The translations under genes were made by a program, and so were the position numbers. From positions 1 to 45,732 of the IMG/VR virus record IMGVR_UViG_3300012940_000042: DNA of 45,732 nucleotides; one strand, written 5' to 3'. This document shows positions 1 through 7,865 of this stretch, piece by piece. Origin of the DNA: a virus (taxonomy: Duplodnaviria; Caudoviricetes). How positions within the stretch are numbered: position 1 is the first letter of the stretch; each line of letters opens with the position of its first letter. The notes below the pieces were generated by a model. The model was not told the DNA's origin. It made no database searches and saw only the letters and a list, made by a program, of their open reading frames with translations.

Positions 1-27
1 CAGAAAATAATAATGATTATAATTTAT

Positions 28-525
28 TTAAAATTAAGAATCAGAAAATTAAGAATCAGACTAGTCTGAAAATTAAGATTTAGAATTGTCTGAATATTTA
101 AATTTAGACTTGTTTGAATATTAAGAATCTGAATATTAAGAAATTGAATTTTTAGAATCTTATTATTATGAATTGTCTGAATATTCTTGAGATTAGAATT
201 GAAAGACTAGTCAGAATATTATGAATTAGAAGAAAGATTAGAATAGAAGAAATTTTCTATATATTTTAAAGAATCTCATTGATTAGATAAATGAAATTTT
301 TCAATAATTTTTAATTTTCTAAATATTATTTATTTTCAGATTTGTCTTTCAGAATATAAATTTTCATTCGATTTTCAAAATTCTGATTCGTCAGATAATG
401 CATTATGATTTCTTATAATAATGATATTATAAGAAATAATTAGATAATTATAAGAAATAATTTATCAGACGATTCAGAATAATCTGATAATGAATGATTC
501 TCGAAGATTTTCTGAATATTCTGAC
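28..525. repeat. Non-coding degenerate repeat region built on TCAGA/TCTGA(ATATT) units
   Basis: Tandem AAATTAAGAATCAGA x2 (31-60), palindrome TCAGACTAGTCTGA (56-69), 16 TCAGA/TCTGA pentamers counted in 41-524, direct repeat ATTATAAGAAATAATT (426-441, 447-462); no ORF >=60 aa. Confidence 0.7.
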
Positions 526-870
526 AGTCCGTGTCATTATTAAAAAATTTTTTTTCTTCCGAGCGGACCATCTCCTCGCATATAATTTCTAATTTTCAAA
601 TTCAATTAACACGTCATAATCTTTTAAATAATCTAATAATTTCATCTTTCTCAGCGCGTAGGAATCAAGAAAAAAATCAAAAATGACTGAATATCTCTAT
701 ATTATCCCCAAGTTGAAAGGTTGTACCTATCTCTTTATATCATTTAATATGTCATTTTTCTAATATATTTATAGAAATATATCTCATAATCATTAAATAT
801 GAATGCATAACAACTTATAACAAGGAACATTTATTTTTGCTATTCCAATAATACATGGACATACAGAATA

Positions 871-981
871 TTATTTATTTTTAATAGTATTTATTATCCA
901 CAAAATATTAGATAAGGACACTAATGCTCCAAATATAGACATAATCACTGAGCATATAACTACAATTTGTTTATTACTCAC
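871..981 (-). CDS. Small single-pass membrane peptide (36 aa, MSNKQIVVICSVIMSIFGALVSLSNILWIINTIKNK)
   Basis: Translated by hand; GTG start preceded by strong SD AGGAGGTG; hydrophobic core; below the ORF-track cut-off. Confidence 0.65.
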   Translation of the reverse strand: MSNKQIVVICSVIMSIFGALVSLSNILWIINTIKNK

Positions 982-1017
982 TTTTAATCACCTCCTAATT
1001 TTAGAATTTCCTTTGTA

Positions 1018-1054
1018 TAAAAAAAATATTCCGACACAGTAATTTGCATCGGAA
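1018..1054 (-). terminator. Intrinsic terminator
   Basis: Minus strand TTCCGATGCA-loop-TGTGTCGGAA (with G-U pairs) followed by TATTTTTTTT. Confidence 0.6.
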
Positions 1055-1085
1055 AGTCGAATTTTAAATTTTTTATTTTGCAATT

Positions 1086-1247
1086 TCAAAGTTTGATTAA
1101 CATTATTATTGCTAGAATTAGTAATAGGGATAAAAATATTAATATAACAATACCTACAAAGTCAATATAAGTATGAGCATCATAAATAAACATTCCTATT
1201 GTTAAAGTAACTATTGCTGCTATTACTAATATAATAATGAATAGCAT
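1086..1247 (-). CDS. Small two-TM membrane protein (53 aa, MLFIIILVIAAIVTLTIGMFIYD...)
   Basis: Translated by hand; ATG abuts the upstream stop, SD AAGGTGAT; almost entirely hydrophobic. Confidence 0.65.
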   Translation of the reverse strand: MLFIIILVIAAIVTLTIGMFIYDAHTYIDFVGIVILIFLSLLLILAIIMLIKL

Positions 1248-1484
1248 TTATATCACCTTAATTGCCATTACTACATAATCATCTTTTTGTTCATAGCTAG
1301 TAATATAAGTTACTTTACATTTAATAAATCTCCCTGTATATTGTTTTAATCCAGGAATATATTCATTTAAATATAAAATATCTCCGTTCTTAAAATTTCT
1401 GTCATTTTTTCGTATTTCAAATGTTTTATTTCCATTTAGAATTTCATCAAAATAAACTTGAAGGATTTTTAGATGATGTATCAT
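1248..1484 (-). CDS. ASCH/PUA-like domain protein (DUF3850 type)
   Basis: HHLKI..YFDEILNGNKTFEIRKNDRNFKNGD.LYLNEY...YTGR motif. Confidence 0.85.
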   Translation of the reverse strand: MIHHLKILQVYFDEILNGNKTFEIRKNDRNFKNGDILYLNEYIPGLKQYTGRFIKCKVTYITSYEQKDDYVVMAIKVI

Positions 1485-1538
1485 AATATTATCCTTTCTA
1501 TCTATCTTTTATCAAAGCATTCATCCATTTAATAGCTT

Positions 1539-1736
1539 CTATAACTCCCCATTTAAGTCTATTTCTATAATATGGTCTATATTATAAATATGTGTAATAT
1601 TATTTATAGTATATTTTGTTCCAAAAACATTAATATTATCAAATAATTTGGGCATTGGCTCAATTTCACCTTTAAAACTTATGAGATTATATCCGTTGAT
1701 AGTAAATTTAGTTATCATAGACATCATCTTCCTCAT
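1539..1736 (-). CDS. Hypothetical protein (true start probably 1724 or 1718)
   Basis: ORF track; overlaps the upstream gene in operon fashion. Confidence 0.5.
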   Translation of the reverse strand: MRKMMSMITKFTINGYNLISFKGEIEPMPKLFDNINVFGTKYTINNITHIYNIDHIIEIDLNGEL

Positions 1737-1890
1737 TGTCCCAAAAATTATAAGTTTTATCTAATAATTTAACTTTTTTACATCCACAATCTTTACAGTA
1801 AATTTTACCTTCAATCATATAAACTTTTTCATCTGCAAATATTCTAACCTGACATTCCTCATTACTACAAAAGTTAATTCCTACTTTCAT
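1708..1890 (-). CDS. Small putative zinc-binding protein
   Basis: CxxxxC...YCxxC; SD GGAGG upstream. Confidence 0.6.
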   Translation of the reverse strand: MKVGINFCSNEECQVRIFADEKVYMIEGKIYCKDCGCKKVKLLDKTYNFWDNEEDDVYDN

Positions 1891-1994
1891 TTATTTCCTC
1901 CACAATTTTGTATTTTTCTTTTCTTAATGATAAATTCATCTAATCATCATTTTAAATAAACTTATATGTCCATTAAATTACAATAAATCAATAC

Positions 1995-2171
1995 CTAATT
2001 GAATATTAATTTATATAAATATTTAATCTCTAATCCAATATTTACTACTGAAAAAATTATTATAATAATATAAAACATTTTAAATCCTTTAGCATTTCTT
2101 AAATCAGATAGAAAAAAGGTGAATATTAGAAAATTAACTAATAATCCACCTAAAATGTCTAAGATTTGCAT
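1995..2171 (-). CDS. Small two-TM membrane protein (58 aa, MQILDILGGLLVNFLIFTFFLSD...)
   Basis: Translated by hand; SD GGTGA; starts 4 nt after the FMN reductase stop. Confidence 0.6.
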   Translation of the reverse strand: MQILDILGGLLVNFLIFTFFLSDLRNAKGFKMFYIIIIIFSVVNIGLEIKYLYKLIFN

Positions 2172-2175
2172 TATT

Positions 2176-2787
2176 TCACCATTCGTCTTTTAAAATTTTT
2201 AATTTATTATTTATTTCTTGATATATTTCTTTATTATGTTCACTTAATTTATCCATATGTTCCAACATTTCATCACAAAGAATATTTAATCTATGATTTA
2301 TCTCTTTATTATCAATTATTCCTTCTTGGTTTATATAAGATTCTTCTATATAAACATATTTTTGGATAAGTATAGCTCCCATATAATCAAGAATAGGCTT
2401 TAATTGATATTCTGGAACTAAATAATGTTTGGAAGAGCCAGCTATTGCCACTATTCCAATAAGTTTATCTTTAAATGCATCTTTAGGTAATATATCAAAC
2501 AAATTCTTTAATGTACCTGGAATGGACGCCTGATAAATTGGTGTTACAATAATAATCCCATTAGCATATTCAATTGTTTGTATTGCATACCTAGTTGTCG
2601 GACTATAATCTTTAATATCCCTACCGTCACTAAAATCAACTACATTTTTTAAATCTAAATTATAAACATAATGATTTAAATGTGGATTTAAATGTTTATC
2701 TTTATTTCGTAATATAGATGTAATAGATGTATTAACACTTTTTACTTTTTCACCGGATACTGCACCTGATAATGTTATAATTTTCAT
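2176..2787 (-). CDS. NAD(P)H-dependent FMN reductase (flavodoxin-like, SsuE/MsuE family)
   Basis: MKIITLSG start, IVTPIYQASIPGTLKNLFD, KLIGIVAIAGSSKHYL..EYQLKPIL motifs. Confidence 0.9.
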   Translation of the reverse strand: MKIITLSGAVSGEKVKSVNTSITSILRNKDKHLNPHLNHYVYNLDLKNVVDFSDGRDIKDYSPTTRYAIQTIEYANGIIIVTPIYQASIPGTLKNLFDILPKDAFKDKLIGIVAIAGSSKHYLVPEYQLKPILDYMGAILIQKYVYIEESYINQEGIIDNKEINHRLNILCDEMLEHMDKLSEHNKEIYQEINNKLKILKDEW

Positions 2788-2789
2788 GA

Positions 2790-2963
2790 TTAATTATCCT
2801 CATTTCTATGTCTTGCCAAAATAATAATCCATTCTTTTTTAGATTGCGGGTCTAACAATTCAGCATTTATTGTTTTAATATAAAACCAGCCAAGATGAAG
2901 ATATGGATACAATACTTTATTATAATCAAATTTATTAACATATAATGTTTTAAATTCAATCAT
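2790..2963 (-). CDS. Hypothetical protein (57 aa, MIEFKTLYVNKFDYNKVL...)
   Basis: Translated by hand; ATGA overlap with the upstream ORF; fills the gap to the FMN reductase. Confidence 0.55.
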   Translation of the reverse strand: MIEFKTLYVNKFDYNKVLYPYLHLGWFYIKTINAELLDPQSKKEWIIILARHRNEDN

Positions 2964-3139
2964 CCTATTTTATACTGATCCGCTAGAATTTGACTAATTT
3001 GTTTCTTCAAATCCTCAGCTTGCCTTTCTAATTTAATTATTTCTACATTCAATTGTTCTTGTTCCTTATATTTTGCATCTAATTGCGTATTTAAATCTGC
3101 TAATTGGTCTAATAATTCTTGCACTGTAGGACCCTCCAT
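2960..3139 (-). CDS. Small coiled-coil protein (59 aa, MEGPTVQELLDQLADLNTQLD...)
   Basis: Translated by hand; TAATG overlap, upstream GGAGG, heptad periodicity. Confidence 0.65.
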   Translation of the reverse strand: MEGPTVQELLDQLADLNTQLDAKYKEQEQLNVEIIKLERQAEDLKKQISQILADQYKIG

Positions 3140-3372
3140 TATTTACCTTCCTCCTTTTTTAAAATGGCCTGCAATTCAACTAATGCATCAGCGTCCACTT
3201 TAATATCAGTAGGGGTAAAAGTAATTTGACATTGATTAATACAATCTTTGTCTAAGTTTAGTGTTAACGAATGTACAGTATTTATAACTACTCCATCTAA
3301 AGTTATAATTAAATCATATGAAGTAATAGCAAACTTTGAATTATTTTTCTTTTTAATTTCTAATTTTGCCAT
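3139..3372 (-). CDS. Hypothetical protein
   Basis: ORF track; SD GAGGG upstream. Confidence 0.7.
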   Translation of the reverse strand: MAKLEIKKKNNSKFAITSYDLIITLDGVVINTVHSLTLNLDKDCINQCQITFTPTDIKVDADALVELQAILKKEEGK

Positions 3373-3396
3373 ATTATCCCTCGATTTTAAAATTTA

Positions 3397-3648
3397 TTAT
3401 CTTAAATCATTATATAAATTGGTAATATTATCTATTTGTTTGTTAATACGACTTTCAATTTCTTGTAACGATATTGATGAAATATCATATGTTATTTGTT
3501 CTAATTTTGACTCTACAACTAATAATGATGAACGTAATATTTCTATATCATCATGTATACTTTGTAATTCTTCTGCCATTTTAACAGTTATAAATTCTTT
3601 CTTATCCAATAATTCTTGGATTCTGCTATTAATATAATAATTTACCAA
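3397..3648 (-). CDS. Hypothetical coiled-coil protein
   Basis: ORF 3397..3681 re-started at TTG 3648 after GGAGGA. Confidence 0.65.
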   Translation of the reverse strand: MVNYYINSRIQELLDKKEFITVKMAEELQSIHDDIEILRSSLLVVESKLEQITYDISSISLQEIESRINKQIDNITNLYNDLR

Positions 3649-3747
3649 TTTAAATCCTCCAAATAAGATGAATAAATTCATCTAATCAATTTTAAAATAT
3701 CCAGAGAGGTCCCCTATGGAGACCAGAATTGATACATAATTCATCTT

Positions 3748-3963
3748 TCATTTAGATTTATTAAAAACCAATTTAGTAGCAAATTTTAATATTTCAATAA
3801 GTATAAACTCTATCACAATGCTTATTAAAGCTATAATAATATTTGTTATTATCAGTATATGCAATGGTGGTACTTTACTAACATTTTCATGTATTAAACT
3901 AATTAATATAAAATTAATCATATCATAAGCAAATGCTAATTTTAAATCTTTGACAATTTGCAT
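3748..3963 (-). CDS. Small membrane protein
   Basis: Hydrophobic; start moved to ATG 3963 after AAGGGAG. Confidence 0.55.
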   Translation of the reverse strand: MQIVKDLKLAFAYDMINFILISLIHENVSKVPPLHILIITNIIIALISIVIEFILIEILKFATKLVFNKSK

Positions 3964-3977
3964 TAACATTTCTCCCT

Positions 3978-4181
3978 TCATAGCCAAAAGAATTTAAAAA
4001 TTTCATATGCAGCCTTTAATCCAGTTATATCACTAATTAACATAATAAATAAAAAAACAAATCCAATATAATAAGATTTCTTACAAAAATTAATAAACAA
4101 TATTATAATAAAAATTGTTATTATAATATTAATTAACATTGGAAATAATGCGGCTATTTTTGCAATAGTTATAAAATTCAT
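3978..4181 (-). CDS. Small two-TM membrane protein
   Basis: Hydrophobic; start moved to ATG 4181 after AGGGGCGGTG. Confidence 0.6.
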   Translation of the reverse strand: MNFITIAKIAALFPMLINIIITIFIIILFINFCKKSYYIGFVFLFIMLISDITGLKAAYEIFKFFWL

Positions 4182-4186
4182 TATAT

Positions 4187-4477
4187 TTACACCGCCCCTA
4201 AAGATTTCCATAATGCATAGTCTTCTGTAAGTTCCATAAACCATTCTTTATCTTTTAACAACAAAGAAATATCAATAATAGATTCAAAGAAAGCATCATC
4301 CATTATAATATCATTGTACATATTAAATGGATAATCCATATCAACTTTTAAATCTTTTTTTCTTTTATATGGTTTTGTTGCACATATTGTAAAATAATCC
4401 CACTTTATTGTTGTTATAAAGCCAACAAGTTCTCCTTCACTAAATAAGCCTAAACTAACCCAATCGCCTTCTTTCAT
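4187..4477 (-). CDS. IDEAL-domain protein
   Basis: C-terminal IIDISLLLKDKEWFMELT matches the IDEAL motif pattern common in Bacillus phages. Confidence 0.75.
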   Translation of the reverse strand: MKEGDWVSLGLFSEGELVGFITTIKWDYFTICATKPYKRKKDLKVDMDYPFNMYNDIIMDDAFFESIIDISLLLKDKEWFMELTEDYALWKSLGAV

Positions 4478-4491
4478 AATTTTCACCAACC

Positions 4492-5661
4492 TTATTTTTT
4501 AATGAATTTTAATTCCATATTCAATTCTACATCTACTTCTAAACCTTGTGTTTGTTCAATCATATTAACATAATTAAGTAAAAATATTAAAGCTGTATCT
4601 TTACCTGTTACATTTATTCTATTAGTAGAAATAATAGTATTTTCTTTGATTTTAATATTTTTATCTTTAATTTTTTTATAGGTTTCAAATATAGATTCTT
4701 CTTTTGTAGGCTTAGAATTATAAGTTGTCGGTTCATTTATAACACTATTTTTATCATTTTCTTTTGGAATAGAAGTATTATTTTCTTCTGATTTTTGATA
4801 AATTGCTTCTATTGGTGCAAAAACTGAATCTGGTACATTTTGTTTTAACTTTATAATATTATTTATTACTTTTTCAGATGGTACTTTTTCTTGTAATAAA
4901 CCATTTTTTAATTTTTCTTTATAAGAAGTTTTATATTTACTAACAGTAGCTTCATGAATATTAAAAACTTTTGCTACATCACTATTTTTCATTTCTGGAT
5001 AATGATTAAATACATAAAATAATTCTTTTTCCTCAATTTTTGAACCTTTCATTTTAGTTCCTCCTTCAATAAAACCAGTTTTAATAGAGTTATTTTGTAA
5101 TTCTTTAATAATTTTTTTAATTAATCTTGAGATATAAGATTGTGCTATATTAAATTTATTTGCAATATCTTGTTGTTTCATTCTTTCAAAAAAATACATT
5201 TTAAAAATTTTTCTATCTCTTTCAGATAATTGCTTTAATGTCATATCCAAAATTGCTTTTAACCCATCATAATCCTCAAAATGTGTATCTTTTATTTCTG
5301 CTGGTAAAACATCAATCAAAGTTAATTCAGAGCCATCAAAATCTACAGTTAAAACACTATCTAAAGAAACATTATTTTTATGCCTTCTCATTTTCCTATT
5401 ATGCATTAAAATTTCATTATGTATAAGCTTAGATGCATAAGTTACAAATTTAATACCTTTATCTAAATCAAAATTTTTATAAGCTTTAATTAATCCAATT
5501 TTAGCAATAGATACTAAATCTTCTATATCATCAACATTTTTAAATCTATTAGCGATATGATAACATAATCTTTCATTGATTTTTAAAAGTTTTTCATAGG
5601 CTGCATAATCACCTCCTTTAGCAGCTCTGATTAACTTATCATTTTCAGCAGAATAATTCAT
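4492..5661 (-). CDS. Sporulation-type (SigE/SigK-like) sigma-70 factor with a C-terminal HTH-containing extension
   Basis: NERLCYHIANRF, EDLVSIAKIGLIKAYKNFD..KGIKFVTYASK.IHNEILM, region 4 QQDIANKFNIAQSYISRL; ~186 extra residues. Confidence 0.9.
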   Translation of the reverse strand: MNYSAENDKLIRAAKGGDYAAYEKLLKINERLCYHIANRFKNVDDIEDLVSIAKIGLIKAYKNFDLDKGIKFVTYASKLIHNEILMHNRKMRRHKNNVSLDSVLTVDFDGSELTLIDVLPAEIKDTHFEDYDGLKAILDMTLKQLSERDRKIFKMYFFERMKQQDIANKFNIAQSYISRLIKKIIKELQNNSIKTGFIEGGTKMKGSKIEEKELFYVFNHYPEMKNSDVAKVFNIHEATVSKYKTSYKEKLKNGLLQEKVPSEKVINNIIKLKQNVPDSVFAPIEAIYQKSEENNTSIPKENDKNSVINEPTTYNSKPTKEESIFETYKKIKDKNIKIKENTIISTNRINVTGKDTALIFLLNYVNMIEQTQGLEVDVELNMELKFIKK

Positions 5662-5676
5662 TAGTTCACCTCATTT

Positions 5677-6273
5677 TTAATCTATGAAGCCAATCTTAGA
5701 TGCATTTTTTTTTAGAAGTTTTTTAATTTTCATAATCAAACGACTAACTTGTGGTTGAGATAAATTAAATTTTTCAGCAATTTCTATTTGACTCTTATTT
5801 TCAAAAAAATACATTTTAAATATTTCTTTATCCCTATCCTTAATTGAATCTAATGTTAATTTTAAAACTGAATCTAAACCTTTATAATCTTCATAGCTAA
5901 TATCCTTTTCTGGAGTAGGAATGATATCTAATAACGTCATTTCTTTTTCACCATCTTCTCCAAAATTTGCATCCAACGAAATAAACTTAAAATTTTTCAT
6001 TTTACGTTCTTTTCTAAAATTTACTAATATTTCATTTTTCATAATTGTCATAGCATAAGTTGCAAATTGGATATTTTTATTTAAATCAAATGTTTTAATT
6101 GATTTAATTAATCCAATTTTAGCTATAGATGCAATATCATCAATACTATCTAAGTTTTTAAATCTCTGCGCAATATAATAACATAATCCTTGATTTTCTA
6201 TTAGAAATTTATCAAAAGCTTCTTTATCACCATTTTTGGCAGCTTTAATTAAATCTAAATTATCTATATTCAT
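5677..6273 (-). CDS. Sporulation-type (SigE/SigK-like) sigma-70 factor
   Basis: DDIASIAKIGLIKSIKTFD..KNIQFATYA..IMKNEIL and SQIEIAEKFNLSQPQVSRL; tandem paralogue of 4492..5661. Confidence 0.9.
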   Translation of the reverse strand: MNIDNLDLIKAAKNGDKEAFDKFLIENQGLCYYIAQRFKNLDSIDDIASIAKIGLIKSIKTFDLNKNIQFATYAMTIMKNEILVNFRKERKMKNFKFISLDANFGEDGEKEMTLLDIIPTPEKDISYEDYKGLDSVLKLTLDSIKDRDKEIFKMYFFENKSQIEIAEKFNLSQPQVSRLIMKIKKLLKKNASKIGFID

Positions 6274-6394
6274 AGATTAGCTCCCAAATTAAATTTATTG
6301 TATTTGCTATAAAGAATCCAACAAACATTGGAAGAGTATGGTAAATTAATCTTTCTCTTTCATTCATGTGAAATATATTGGATAATTTTTTCAT
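6260..6394 (-). CDS. Small membrane peptide (44 aa, MKKLSNIFHMNERERLIYHTLPMFVGFFIANTINLIW...)
   Basis: Translated by hand; ATGA overlap with the 3D gene, SD AGGTGGGG. Confidence 0.55.
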   Translation of the reverse strand: MKKLSNIFHMNERERLIYHTLPMFVGFFIANTINLIWELIYEYR

Positions 6395-6945
6395 TTCTTG
6401 CCCCACCTTATAACTTCAATTTTCAAATGTTTTACACCAAATTCAACTGCATCTTGTCTATATTTGAATAACAAATCAAAGTGTCTACCTTTGATACCTC
6501 CTCCTGTATCTAAAGCTATTGCTTTAATAATTTTACCATTATAATCTATATTTACAATAGAATATAGTGGAATTATATTAGGGTCAACAGCAATTATTCT
6601 CATACCATTATAATAAATAGTATTTTTGACATTATAACCTGTTTTTGTTATTCCTATACAACCTTCTTTACAAAATGGTACGTATCCTGTTATCATAAAA
6701 TCCTGTTTATTATTTTCTTTATTATTTTCTTCTTTTTTCTCAAGGCTTTCCACAAAATTTCTTTGTTTAACTTTTACTAATTTGCTTTTTATATTATTGT
6801 GTGCCTTATATTCTGTTAAATGTTCATTATATGTGTTTAATTGTTGTATTGGTGTATCAGGATTAACAGAATGATAAAAAGGATTATATACAAAAAGTAA
6901 ACTAGTAAAACTAAATAAATGGAATTTGTTTAGGTACTTGATAAT
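6391..6945 (-). CDS. 3D-domain (MltA-like lytic transglycosylase) cell-wall protein, probably with non-canonical ATT/ATC start
   Basis: IIAVDPNIIPLYS...AIALDTGGGIKGRHFDLL (three Asp); frame stays open 5' of GTG 6753 up to SD AAAGGA. Confidence 0.85.
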   Translation of the reverse strand: MIKYLNKFHLFSFTSLLFVYNPFYHSVNPDTPIQQLNTYNEHLTEYKAHNNIKSKLVKVKQRNFVESLEKKEENNKENNKQDFMITGYVPFCKEGCIGITKTGYNVKNTIYYNGMRIIAVDPNIIPLYSIVNIDYNGKIIKAIALDTGGGIKGRHFDLLFKYRQDAVEFGVKHLKIEVIRWGKK

Positions 6946-7010
6946 TATCTTCCTTTCTTAAATCAAATTATATAACAATAAGTAATTTAATTTTTAAAAG
7001 TTTCAAATAG

Positions 7011-7043
7011 AAAACAAAAAAAGGACAGTATCTGCCCTTTTTC
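7011..7043 (-). terminator. Intrinsic terminator after the rok-like gene
   Basis: AAAAAGGGCAG-ATA-CTGTCCTTTTTTT on the minus strand. Confidence 0.7.
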
Positions 7044-7643
7044 TTATCCAATATATTGATAATAGCCTCTAGTTGCTTTTTGAATTTTATTATTATACTT
7101 TAATACTCTATTTATAGTATTTGTAAAGTTATTCCAATGCCAACCATATTCTTTATTTAATATTTCTTCTAATTTAGAAGATTTAAGTGGTTGCCCAGCT
7201 TCTTTTAAAATAAAAGCAATTTTATCTGCTACTATTTTAATATCTTTATAATTTTTACCAATATTACCAGTTAATTTAACTTTTTCTTTATCTTTAAGTT
7301 CATTAATTTCAGTCTTGTCAAATTTTTCTTCTATTATATTATCTTTTTTATCTTCAAACTTTTCATTAAACTTTTGAATAACATTTTCAACAGGAACTTG
7401 AGGAATCAATTTTGAAAGATTATCAACAACATTTGTCAATTTAATTAATGTATTTTCGTAATCAATTGTGTCCTTTATGTAGTCTTTATTTTCTTTATCT
7501 AATTGTGCAAGTCGAATTTTTATGTCATAAAATTCTTTTTCAATCCTTTCGGATTCTTCTCTGTAAAGTTGCTTAAGCTCCCTTTTTTCATCTAACAACA
7601 TTTTAACTCTTTCTCTCAAATAATCTCTTTCAAAATAGCTCAT
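7044..7643 (-). CDS. Rok-like nucleoid protein / repressor (coiled coil plus winged helix)
   Basis: N-terminal FERDYLRERV..L and C-terminal ILKEAGQPLKSSKL..IL...YGW..NNFTNTI..V...N.KIQKATRGYYQY resemble B. subtilis Rok as recalled. Confidence 0.7.
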   Translation of the reverse strand: MSYFERDYLRERVKMLLDEKRELKQLYREESERIEKEFYDIKIRLAQLDKENKDYIKDTIDYENTLIKLTNVVDNLSKLIPQVPVENVIQKFNEKFEDKKDNIIEEKFDKTEINELKDKEKVKLTGNIGKNYKDIKIVADKIAFILKEAGQPLKSSKLEEILNKEYGWHWNNFTNTINRVLKYNNKIQKATRGYYQYIG

Positions 7644-7865
7644 ACATAATCTCCTTTTTTCTATTAAATTATAGATTCTATCAAAATCTATTATTATTAT
7701 ATTACCTTTTAATAGAAAAAGATATATATTTTTAATAAAAAAATATTATTTTATTAAAATATTTTAATATTATTACACTTTTTTTTGAAACTCTTATGAA
7801 AAAATATAGAAAATGTTATATTATATAAAATATAAAAAATATTGAAGAAAGGTTGTAATAAAGAA

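Noticed and set aside
1-530. CRISPR array
   Set aside because: No constant repeat with unique 30-40 nt spacers; no cas genes in the window
564-572. GGACCATCT shared with 10809-10817
   Set aside because: A single 9-nt match, expected by chance
708-727. Similarity of CCAAGTTG/GTTGTACC to the hairpin at 41490-41513
   Set aside because: Only 8-nt blocks in a rearranged order; compatible with chance
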